64,000 nt of DNA. Origin: Octopus vulgaris. Taxonomy: Eukaryota. Below the pieces are notes generated by a model, which did no database searches, was not told where the DNA came from, and saw only the letters and a list, made by a program, of their open reading frames with translations. The first letter of the stretch is position 1, and every line of letters starts with the position of its first letter. Made by a program: the position numbers and the translations under genes. The stretch is taken from assembly GCA_951406725.2 (NCBI GenBank), contig OX597829.1:31744001-31808000 (forward strand). The letters are read 5' to 3'. Shown here in pieces: positions 50,838 to 59,499 of this stretch.

Positions 50838-53228
50838 GCACACACACACACACATATTTATATATGACAAACTTCATACAGTTTCTGTCTGCCAATTTCA
50901 TTCATAAATCAGCAGTTGCTGTGGAAGGTATTAGTTTGACAGTGTATCAAACCTTCAACAATGTGGTTCCTAAGCAATGTTCCTATCCACACAACCATAC
51001 CTGCATCTTATATTTGTGTGTTTGTGCATACACACGTACTGTTATGGAGGCAAAGTGGCTGAGTTCCCTTTCAAGTGATGAGTCTCTCAGAGGGAAGATG
51101 GCTGAGTTCCTTTCAAGCATTGGGCCTCATGAAGGCTGAGTTCCTTTTGAGCTTTTGGCCTCATGGAGTCAATGACCAAGACCTTTGGCATTAAGTCATA
51201 CTTCAGAAAAAGACCCATCAAAACAAGCAAAATCGTAGTCATGGCAGATACCTGTGTCACCTGTGCCGCGAATGGTACCTGTGCTGGTGAAACGTAAAAG
51301 CACCCATTACACTCTCAGAGTTGTTGGCATAAGGGAAGGCATCCAGTCTTAGAAAACCATACCAAATCAGACTGGAGTTTGGTGCGGCCTTCCAGTGTGC
51401 CAGCATGGACAACGGACGTTAAATGATGATGATGATGATGATGATATATATGTATGTGTGTGTGTTTATGTGGGTATGTCTATTTTTACTCTATAAAACT
51501 ACTGTTGTTTATATTGTGTTCCTTTATGCCCTATAACTTAGCAGTTCAGCTGTTAAAGATCAATGAAACAAGCTGTGAGGTAATATGATTGATTTCAAGG
51601 TGGGTCCCCTGCATGGCTGTAGTCCAGTGGTCGAAACCAGTGAGAGAATAAAAAACAATCAAAATTACTTCATGGTTTTTCTCATTCAGATGCACAAAAT
51701 CAGGAATACAAATCATATGAAGACCTCCGACGCCAGAATAGGAAGTCATATACAGAAGGCCAATATTCAAGATGGACAAAACAGACAAAACCTCCATCAT
51801 CACCGCCACCTTCTGTTCCTGAGTCTAGACAAGAACAAGATAGTATACCTATTAGAGTACCAAGATCTTCATCAAATATGCCAGGTAATTATTATTATTT
51901 TTATTATTTCTTAATTGCTTAGTCAGAGGAAGAGGCTAACTGGTTGTGGATCAAACACTGCACTGTGATTGCCTCTGAATATGGTTTAAGGGGAAAGTCT
52001 CCCTTTTCTCTGACTGTTCTCTGCAGTGACTGCAGCCTTCACTTGTTTTGCCACCAGCCCTTGCCAGTGGAGTTTGGTAACAGATAACCAAGTGAGAAAG
52101 AAAGTAGCCAGCAAAGTCTTTATTTCTTTATTCCAAATTGCTACCCAACTTTATGAATTACAACAGAGTAAAAGAAGAGTAGTACTAATAATTTTATCCA
52201 ATACCTCTGTGACAGGTGCAAAGAAAGTAGTTATCCTCAGACTGGAGACCTGATCCAAATACTTATAACAGGGTGGACCCTACTAGGATGAGATGTCAAT
52301 GTAACAATGGGTATTGGATTAAGTCTTTCACTCTTGAACAGAAACAGCCTCTTTCTGTGAGCTTCCACATTTCGTCCATCTTCACATTCTGAGTTCTAAT
52401 TCCCCCAGGTCATCTTTGCTTTTCATCCTTTCAGATTCAATAAAATAAGTACCAGTTGAGCACTCGCGTCAATGTGATCAATTTACCCTTCCCCTGAAAT
52501 TGCTGGCTTTGTGCCAAAATTTTAAATTAATATTAGTCTGTAGAGAGAAGGTAGATAACTCAGCTTGCTTAAACTTCACATTGCTTAGAGTGGACAATGA
52601 GACTATTAGAAGCTCTAGTTTGTGAAGTCTAAGAGGCAACAATGGATAACAACAGATTATGAATTTGAGATCTAGACATAAAGGGGAGAAAGATGAAAAT
52701 AATAAATAAAATTAAAACTTTATTGCTTTTTGTAATAAAAGTTGTAATAAATACTTTAATTCCTACATTTACATGATTTTCTTGTGAAAATTTTTTTTTA
52801 AAATTATACTTGTAAGGGTGCCTGAACTTTGCTTGCTTGGGGTACCATCAGACATAAGGGTTTGAGTCTGCTTTTAGTTATGTATTGTTGATGAATAGAA
52901 AAAAAAACACAGTGTTTGGTATGTGTTTTTTGATTTGTGTGGTACCAAGTTTATAGTGCTATTGAACAAAATCTACTGAAACAATACTAATATAATATTG
53001 GTATTTATTTTATATTCTAAAGAAAGATTAAAGTTTAACTTAGATTTTGTGTGTGTGTGTGCAATTCAGAATGTAATAAAGATAAATTTAAACACTATAA
53101 AACATCTTTTTAGTGCAATAATCTACCACTAACATCATTGTCACAACATTCTTAATTATTTATTTGTATTTGTTTTGCTTTCAGTTAAATCTAAAAACGA
53201 ATATGGTGATGTATGGGAAGAAGAATAA
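14926..53228 (+). CDS. OCIAD1: OCIA domain-containing protein 1 (asrij), spliced gene: join(14926..15036,19312..19387,25818..25871,32992..33039,34061..34184,48842..48993,51690..51884,53185..53228), 267 aa
   Basis: The exons join in frame (804 nt including TAA) with GT-AG introns. The translation contains OCIAD1 hallmarks: ELRVLHECNRESFWYRSLP, GYLKPHPKFG, GYILGKLSYQNEC...NSKLAETLR, YEDLRRQNRKSY and C-terminal KNEYGDVWEEE* (compare human ECNDESFWFRSVP, HPKYG, GKLSY, YEELRNKNRESY, NKYGDTWDE). Confidence 0.93.
16770..17040 (-). mobile_element. RTE 3' end
   Basis: (CAT)n followed by cgtttaacgtccgctttccatgctagc... Confidence 0.8.
17072..18100. mobile_element. Three piggyBac-type MITEs in alternating orientation (17072-17295, 17480-17699, ~17890-18100)
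   Basis: CCCTTTAG...CTAAAGGG termini; TTAA TSD on the 17480-17699 copy. Confidence 0.8.
18675..19035 (+). mobile_element. SINE family A (diverged)
   Basis: Family match. Confidence 0.75.
19312..19387 (+). CDS. OCIAD1: OCIAD1 exon 2 (KNLVTLSRDELRVLHECNRESFWYR)
   Basis: ttttttaacAG acceptor, GTAAGT donor; start of the OCIA domain. Confidence 0.93.
19932..20075. repeat. Long near-perfect palindrome
   Basis: 53-bp perfect arms at 19945-19997 and 20010-20062, 12-nt loop, plus a 10-bp outer stem. Confidence 0.95.
20171..20275 (+). repeat. Tandem ~52-bp direct repeat containing CCAAT
   Basis: gtcaccgtgacctcgggtcatcaccatg(a/g)attgaccaatcagaagcagcgct x2. Confidence 0.9.
21714..22072 (-). mobile_element. 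Non-autonomous Helentron/DINE-like element
   Basis: aacaag end, short gcact...agtgc hairpin, subterminal cctccgccaa / aggcagagg repeats, (acaa)n; inserted in (TAA)n. Confidence 0.6.
22075..22680 (-). mobile_element. Decayed CR1-clade LINE 3' fragment
   Basis: Reverse-strand similarity to 9373-9873 (aggaagcatgga, aaggatgcagtg, ctgaaagtcatg, gttgcatgtc.ctgaacagcttcc). Confidence 0.75.
23502..23890 (+). mobile_element. SINE family A (preceded by an older copy at 23165-23500)
   Basis: Family match. Confidence 0.85.
24200..24435 (+). mobile_element. SINE family B with TSD
   Basis: 17-bp TSD acaaacactcattctca at 24183-24199 and 24436-24452. Confidence 0.88.
25140..25498 (-). mobile_element. Mariner N-terminal relic
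   Basis: Minus frames: GVIK...PKDIHA...QKW.AEFRRG...DRVHHMMMDGR; TIR-like tacaagggtgggctaaaa. Confidence 0.6.
25818..25871 (+). CDS. OCIAD1: OCIAD1 exon 3 (SLPASMIFIGLTQFAVNK)
   Basis: tctccAG acceptor, GTAAGT donor, phase 1-1; first hydrophobic helix. Confidence 0.92.
27095..27675. mobile_element. SINE A (+, 27243-27610) nested in SINE B (-)
   Basis: SINE B halves resume on both sides of the SINE A copy. Confidence 0.75.
28085..28405 (-). mobile_element. tRNA-derived SINE family C
   Basis: Minus-strand head gcatggcttagtggttagggtatttggctcacaac...gagcttgattccc, with A/B-box-like motifs. Confidence 0.6.
30178..30790. mobile_element. SINE A (-, 30211-30605) nested in SINE B (+)
   Basis: SINE B head is interrupted after agcatgct and resumes at atgctgggcaagg. 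Confidence 0.75.
31470..31685 (+). mobile_element. SINE family B variant
   Basis: Head plus ctttcatcctttcagggtcaataaaataagtac core. Confidence 0.75.
32350..32734 (-). mobile_element. Non-autonomous Helitron
   Basis: Minus strand begins TCTATTATATAAAA and ends with a ccgtcca-t-tggacag hairpin plus CTCG|T; CpG-rich. Confidence 0.6.
32992..33039 (+). CDS. OCIAD1: OCIAD1 exon 4 (GYLKPHPKFGATLKNI)
   Basis: ctttcAG acceptor, GTATGT donor; HPKFG motif. Confidence 0.92.
33430..33705 (+). mobile_element. RTE 3' end
   Basis: Tandem unit, conserved 3' block and (GAT)n tail. Confidence 0.8.
34061..34184 (+). CDS. OCIAD1: OCIAD1 exon 5 (GAGLAGYILGKLSYQNECRKKILSLPNSKLAETLRQRFSGG)
   Basis: ttccAG acceptor, GTAATT donor; GKLSY...C and NSxLAE motifs. 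Confidence 0.94.
34516..34737. mobile_element. piggyBac-type MITE
   Basis: ttaaCCCTTTAGCATTCAG start; family match. Confidence 0.65.
34858..35245 (+). mobile_element. SINE family A
   Basis: Family match. Confidence 0.88.
35503..35990 (-). mobile_element. RTE 3' end with ~60-bp tandem units
   Basis: (CAT)n plus atgtgccaccgacacaggtgccag repeats. Confidence 0.8.
36247..36312 (+). repeat. (TC)33 microsatellite
   Basis: Direct read. Confidence 0.95.
38720..38940. mobile_element. piggyBac-type MITE
   Basis: TTAA|CCCTTTAGTGTT...AACACTAAAGGG|TTAA. Confidence 0.88.
39155..39560 (-). mobile_element. SINE family A
   Basis: Family match. Confidence 0.85.
39957..40860 (-). mobile_element. Penelope-like element relic with inverted terminal copy, inserted into a SINE A
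   Basis: GIY-YIG remnant on minus (MYSIPCSCGRL...RVDEHRKA...SSIADHVW...RKLKEA); 3' region repeated in inverted orientation at 40535-40860; 12-bp TSD taatcacaatgt at 39945-39956 and 40861-40872. Confidence 0.85.
41060..41560 (-). mobile_element. Internally deleted mariner relic
   Basis: QKLGNTCSEAY...CMSRTQ and FQECFHQWK...EGDY fragments; SINE piece at 41291-41365. Confidence 0.7.
43400..44470 (+). mobile_element. Decayed RTE LINE (RT region)
   Basis: VQAMY...VRV...VQQGSVFS, LLYVDDL, KVNLAKT, WPCSICRKGVG remnants. Confidence 0.75.
44776..44930 (-). mobile_element. RTE 3' end
   Basis: Family match between (CAT)n tracts. Confidence 0.8.
45430..45815 (-). mobile_element. SINE family A
   Basis: Family match. 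Confidence 0.85.
46725..46819. repeat. ~95-nt hairpin
   Basis: 27-nt arms tattgttatacttggggatggttatct / agatgaccatccccaagtatgacaata. Confidence 0.85.
46825..47088 (+). mobile_element. Fragment of a CRE-like (restriction-like endonuclease) non-LTR retrotransposon C-terminus
   Basis: VARQTEKSKLSKY...KFIVAVETSDILGP, then (frameshift) LFQRISLPILRVNAFSILSAG, resembling the AE..K..KY...F.P.AVET.G..GP...LFQR.S.AI.RGNA consensus. Confidence 0.65.
48842..48993 (+). CDS. OCIAD1: OCIAD1 exon 6 (SQPTTEFVPEVPMDTT...FSLGDQSQ)
   Basis: Long poly-T tract plus tAG acceptor; open frame, phase 2 in and phase 1 out as required to join exons 5 and 7. Donor is GTAAAA at 48994 or GTGACC at 48979. Confidence 0.8.
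49470..50090 (-). mobile_element. Two tandem diverged SINE A copies
   Basis: Family match. Confidence 0.7.
51040..51445 (+). mobile_element. RTE 3'-UTR relic
   Basis: Similar to 54730-55150; (GAT)n tail. Confidence 0.7.
51690..51884 (+). CDS. OCIAD1: OCIAD1 exon 7 (DAQNQEYKSYEDLRRQNRKSY...SSNMP)
   Basis: ttcAG acceptor, GTAATT donor; conserved YEDLRRQNR motif. Confidence 0.92.
53185..53228 (+). CDS. OCIAD1: OCIAD1 last coding exon (VKSKNEYGDVWEEE*)
   Basis: ttttgctttcAG acceptor; conserved N-x-YGD-x-W C-terminus; TAA stop. Confidence 0.93.
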
Positions 53229-53370
53229 TTTCCTTTAATACAGTGAGCAAATTGTTTCTTTGCATTGCTAGATTAGTTGTGCTTGAATTTCAAGTTGAAG
53301 GGGTTTTCTGTAAAAGGATGGAAATAATTCCCCTCTTGGTTATTGGACTGACTGGAATTTGTTTTGGTAT

Positions 53371-53376
53371 AATAAA
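53371..53376 (+). terminator. Candidate polyadenylation signal of OCIAD1
   Basis: AATAAA about 140 nt after the stop, followed by T/GT-rich sequence. Confidence 0.5.
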
Positions 53377-54309
53377 TACATAAATGAACAGTTTTGTTCA
53401 TCATTCCATGTTACCTTTTTAACTTGGTAGTCTTTTTTATTTTATATTTTTTATTTTTCCACAAAATATTTGGGAAGTTTTTTGTTGCTTCACACACACA
53501 CATATTGAAGCAGAATCAGCTGTAATGTTAAGGTTTTTGACTATTGATCACATAGTTCTATGTTCAGATCTTGTCAGTTGATATCAGTGCTTGCTGTATT
53601 CTTTAACTAGATACCTAACTCTGGTTTCTCCCGTTTTCCTGACTGACAAATAATTACTTGTTTGCTACTGTATAGATGTCTGTTTAGTGGAAGAAGGTAG
53701 GAACAGCATCTACCGTTAAAGATATTTGCTTCCACAACTACATCACCTCACCTATGAGATCACAGTTAAATGGATGTAAAGTTACTATTTCTATCAAGTC
53801 AAGGAGCTACATAGAGGCATCCTAGATGACACAGAGTAAAAATTTTTTCTCTGATAAAATGTAAAGAATGCATTGTAAGTGAGAGGTACCAACAGTCTCA
53901 ACAAAACCAATATTGAATGAATTGGTTCACTCCTGCTATGTAGCACCTTGGGTGTCTTCTAATATAGCTCCAGGCCAACCAAAACCTTGTGAGTGGATTT
54001 TGTAGATGAAACTGAAAGAAGCTTGTCTTATGTATGTGTGTGTTATGCTGTGTCTCTCACCCTCTGCTTGACAACTAGTGTTGGTTTATTTACATCCCCA
54101 AAAGACCAATAGAATAAATACCAGGCTTAAAAAATGTAAATATTGGGATTGATTTGTTTGACTAAACCTTCTAAGGTAGTTTCCCAGTATGGTTGCAGTC
54201 CAATGATTGAAATAAATCGTTGAAAAGAAGATAAAAAGGTATACAAATCATTTATAAGCGTGTGGTAAGATGCTTGCTTCCCAATCACATGGTTCCGGGT
54301 TCAGATTGT

Positions 54310-55150
54310 TTGATGCCTGTGTGCTATGCTGCATGATAGTGAAATATGGGCCATGACAGCCAAGGACATGCATAGATTTGAAAGAAAATGAAACTAGTAT
54401 GCTTCGCTAGATATCATGTTCAACAGAATCTAAGCATCTTGAGAGAAAAGTTAGGCATAAGAGGAATCAGATATGGTGTGCAATAGAGATGACTGCACTG
54501 GTATATGATGTGTATGGATGAAGACAGCTGTGTAAAGAAGTGCCAATCTCTAACTGTGGAGGAAACCTGTGCTAGAGATAGACCCAGGAAAATATGGGAC
54601 AAAGTGGTGAAGCATGACCTTCAAAATTTGAGCCTCACTGAGACAATGACTGGTGACCAAGAGAGGTCACTGTGCTTGAGAGGACCCATCAAGCCAAGTG
54701 CACCAGTGCTGGTAACACATAGAGAACATCTTTTGAACGTTGGGCCTCATGGAGGCAAAGTGGCTGAGTTCCTTTCAAGCATTGGTTCTAACGGAGGTAA
54801 AGTGGCTGAGTTACTTTCAAGTGTTGGGCCTCACAGAGGCAATAACCGAGACCTTTGGCATTATGTTGTGGTTGAGAAGAAGACCCATCAAGCCGAGCAA
54901 AATTGCAGTCATGGCAGATACTTGTGTCGAGCAAATTGGTATGTAAACGCACCATGGTGTCATGTAAATGACACCCATGTCGGTAGCATGTAAAAGCACC
55001 CATTACACTCTTAGAGTGGTTGGCATTAGGAAGGGCACCCAGCTGTAGAAAACCATACCAAATCAGACTGGAGTCTGGTGCACCCTTCCATAATGCCAGC
55101 CAACGTCCAACCCATGTCGGCATGGACAACAGATGTTCAATGATGATGAT
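54310..55150 (+). mobile_element. RTE LINE 3' fragment
   Basis: LREKLGIRGI...MDEDSCVKKC..L.VE...RPRKIW, then 3' UTR and (GAT)n tail. Confidence 0.8.
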
Positions 55151-56911
55151 ACATACATACATATATGTATGGAGTACTTTTTTTTTTAATTTTCTATCAC
55201 AGATCAGTACATTTTATATATATATATATATGCTAGGCTTCTTACAGTTTCCATCTACCAAATCCACAAATAAAGCTTTGATCAGCCTGGGGCTTATATG
55301 AGAAGACATTTTCCCAAAGTGCCATGCAGTGGGATTGAACCATGTGGTTTAAAGCAAGCTTCTTACCTCACGGCCACACAAGCACCATTAGGTCACAAAC
55401 TGCAATTTTTTTTTTTATTAGTAATTTATCATATACATGAGGTACAGTGAGAATAAGAAACATGATATACATATTCATTAATATGTTCTGTTAAATTAAA
55501 ATGTGAATTTGCTGACTGTTGTTGTATTTTATCTTTGGAGAACACTTTCCTCTTTCAGACGAATGTGTGTTCAGAACAGATTTGATTCAGTAGTGTTAAT
55601 AGGACTTCTATGATACCACAATGTTTCAACCTAGTTTTTTTTTTTTTCTTTTTTTTTTTTTTTTTGTCACTTCAGTCAGAGCTACCTCTAAATCAATGAA
55701 TCTAAGCAAGAATTACAGCTCGTGTTTATAGAAATCAGCAAACAAATTATTTTCTAATCCATACTAATGCCTGCCTCACTGAAAGGCTCAGGTTTTGCTG
55801 TGTGGTAAGAACCTTGCTTCCAACTACATATTTTAGGGTTCAGTCCCACTGCATTCGTGTGTGTGGTCTTTGTTTACAACCCAATAACTTAGTGGTTTGG
55901 CAAAGGTAACTGATAGAATAGGTTCCAGACTTTAAAATTTTCTTGCCTGTCCAATGAAATAATTTCCATTTTCCAAATTACAATGATATTACAGAAATAA
56001 TTTAACAGCAATAGTGATTTATCTCATTTTTCTTATAATATTTAAGATTTTATGCAAATAAAAATTAATTTTACTTTTTCATTGTTGACAAGGCTGTTAT
56101 ACTTCGCTATCTACACAAGACTAAGAATTTTACTTACCTCCTTAGGACATTTTTGTTCAAAAAGGGTGAGTCTGACGAGCCTGGTGAATATTAAACCACC
56201 AGTAGAAGTCTTTCAATTTTAATCCCCATATATAGGCCATCATGACCTAATTGTTTTAGTGGCCGGGGAAAGAAATGTTTCTTAAATAATAAGTCAGCTC
56301 ATCTCAAAATACATATTCAAAGAGTGTTAAACGTAACATTAGCTCAATGACTATTACTATTTTTATCATTTTATTAAATATTAGTAAACAGCTGCAGTTC
56401 TGATCCAGTCTTATTAAACCTCTTCAACAAAGCTTAGACCTCACCATATTTGATAGATAACTCATTGATTAAAGTACTACAAAAATACTACATCAGTAGG
56501 TGAGAAAAATTAGCTATTTAAAAATAAAAATAATTCAACCTAGGTTGAATACTCAGGGACGCCATTTGCAAGAAAATCCATCAACTAAGTTATAGTGAGC
56601 ATTTAATACCTACTTTAAAATAATTACTCAGTGAGGAAGACAACAGTAGCTCAATGACTAGTATTCATCATCTTCAGCATTTCAACGTCCACTTTTCCAT
56701 GCATGCATGGGTTAGACAGAATTTCATTGAGGTAAATGTTCTGGTGGTGGATGCTGTTCCTATTATGAACCTTCAAGCAAGGAAATATTTCCCCATGGCT
56801 AAGACATGTTCTTCATGAAAGATGTGACACAAATGACACCACTTGTATGATTTCGATGCTCATTTATAACTATCTTATGGTGTCAGGATTAGGGGACACC
56901 CACACATAAAA

Positions 56912-56939
<28 letters not shown>

Positions 56940-56943
<4 letters not shown>

Positions 56944-57060
56944 TTAATAGGGAAGGCTAGTTTATGGGATTACCATGGGTTTCCCGTCCATACAGCTAAA
57001 CCCTTTATGGACAGGAAGCCCACAACAATCCCATAAACTGGCTCTGCCCATTTAAATATA
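56940..57060. repeat. Imperfect palindrome (~55-bp arms)
   Basis: agtttatgggatt...gtccata / tatggac...aatcccataaact. Confidence 0.8.
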
Positions 57061-57149
57061 ATCTGCTCTATGTCTTAGAGTGTGCTTCTTCTCCAGATTT
57101 ATGTTTTATACAAACATATATATATATATATATGTATTATTAAAAACAT

Positions 57150-57630
57150 GTGATGGAGGAAGTTCAGAGAGCAACTACCTCTGTTGGCAACAAAAGGACT
57201 CTCTCTGTGAAAGGTAGAATGTATGATGCTTGTGTGAGAAGATTTCATGGTAGTGAGACATGGGCTCTGAATGCAGAGGATATGTGTAGACTGGAGAAGA
57301 ATGAAAGCTGTATGCTCTGTTGGATTTGCAACATCAGTGTGTATGACTGACAAAGCACAACTGTGTTGAGAGAAAAGTTAGGCATAAGAGGAATTAAATG
57401 CGGTGTGCAGGAGAAGAGAATGTATTGGTTTGGACAAGTGATGTGTATGAGGGAAGACAGCTGTATACAGCTGTGCCTGTTGCTGAAAGAGGATGGTACC
57501 TGTGGAAGTGGGAGACCCAGGAAGATATGGGATGAAGTGGTAAGGACCAATCTTAGGATGTTAGGGCTCACAGAGGAAATGACAATGGACTGAGATGTTT
57601 AGTGATATGAGGTTCTAGAGAAGACCCACC
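57150..57630 (+). mobile_element. RTE LINE fragment
   Basis: VKGRMYDACVR..HGSETWAL, GRPRKIWDEVV. Confidence 0.8.
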
Positions 57631-58031
57631 CACGTCAACAAAGCTGAGTGCTAGAAGCATTGTGTCTCACCCACATGTAACATACTTTACCCCAAGAAAC
57701 TGGACAACACCTCTTCTAAACTGCATCATTCTCTTCCTCACATTTCCTTTTCATAAAATATGATTGTCTTCCAGTCCCCTTTCCTTCCCTCACTGACCTG
57801 CTCACTGTATTGCTGCTTTCCCTCACCCCATTTTTATACCCAAGTCTTCACCAGTCACTGCAGTTCCCACTCCCTACTTGCACCTTCTTGGCAATGCCTG
57901 ACCGCATATATTATGAACTCCATACCTCTCTCTTCCTTACTCTACCATCACATCTATGCTCTGATCCTTGTTACTTGTGAGTATACCCTAGCACTTCACC
58001 ACCATCTCTCTCCTGCTCTCTCTTGCACTTT

Positions 58032-58083
<52 letters not shown>

Positions 58084-58240
58084 TCCCTCTGGCTGGGTAG
58101 CCATATATCACCTCTACAGCAGCACACCTGTTTCTGACTTCATACTTGATCACTCTCTCTCTCCTTTTTGCTTTTCCCTCTGACTAGGTAACCAAGTATC
58201 TCCTTACATCAGCATATCTGTTTCTGTCCTCTTTCTTGTA

Positions 58241-58271
<31 letters not shown>

Positions 58272-58680
58272 CACACCTCCTCTATAGCAAGAGACCTGTT
58301 TCTGCCACTTTATTTCTCTGTCATGCTCTAACTTTCCATCATTTGACACTGGATCGCTCCCAATGACCCCTCCAGTATACCAAGACACTTGTTTTTGCCT
58401 CTCTGTCTCTGTGTCACACCCTAACTTTTCATCATCTGACACAAGTTCCTCTCTTCAAATGCCCTTGCCTTAAAATTCCTTATCTTGCAAGTTTCTTGAT
58501 GATCCTGCCTGTGCTGGTGCCATGTAAAAAACGTCCAATCCACACTGTAAAGTGGTTGGCATTTTGGAAAGGCATTCGGTTGTAAAAATCAAGCCAAAAT
58601 TAACCTTGCCTGTGCTAGTGCCATGTAAAAAGCACTGAGGGTATTAGGAGAAGGTTGAGACTGGAAACCTGTCGTTGCAA

Positions 58681-58975
58681 TCATGGTGGAGTATGCAGGT
58701 ACGATAGGATGTACTTCCTTTCATGTGGGCAAGGATTAAACACTTCACTCCGGCTATTCAGGTAAATATCTGGATGTTGGGCACTCTTTAAAATTGCTCT
58801 CTTCTCAACCAGGCACAACATGCACTTCCTATTGCTATTGAAATATGGTTTGCATTTCTCCAAGATCTTCCACTTTGGAAGATCCTGGAGAAATGCAAGG
58901 CTAATATACCCTCTCTCTTGTTAGATATACAAGTGGGTCTTTTCCCTGACTTAGGGACTCTTAGACGACTCACGT
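58681..58975 (-). mobile_element. Penelope-like element C-terminal relic
   Basis: EKCKPY...KCMLCLVEK..IL...LNSRSEVFNPCPHERKY, the typical PLE GIY-YIG C-terminal C-x2-C...LN.R.E...C.H motif. Confidence 0.75.
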
Positions 58976-59129
58976 ATATATATATATATATATATATACT
59001 TTATTTAAAGCAGCAGAAATTCAACAAAACCTGTTACTCTGAGTTTCCCATTGCCGTTCATCGGACAGTTTTTGCTAGAATCTGCACAAGTCTTTTTTCC
59101 ACCTTGTTTCAGATTTATGTGTTTACTCC

Positions 59130-59165
<36 letters not shown>

Positions 59166-59499
59166 CAATAAGAAAATGGAGGAGATCAATAGGTGGTTCA
59201 TCAACTTTTAGACATTATATTATGTTAACTTATTTATTTACTAAACTGATAATTACAATAATATACATACATATAACATATTATTCTTTACATATAATAA
59301 TAAGATATAAAATATAGTAATATATAAGAATACCAGTAATTATTATAAAAAACATGAATATAAATTGGGAAAAATAACTTACAGCTGTTTCAGCCAATAG
59401 ATAAAATACCTCATTCTACCTTTATTACTCAAGTGGATTGAAGTAATAGGTAGATGAACATGAGGTACTTGTATATATCTATAGGCTTTGTTGGGACAT

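Noticed and set aside
51585-51914. 109-aa ORF in the track
   Set aside because: Wrong reading frame over OCIAD1 exon 7.
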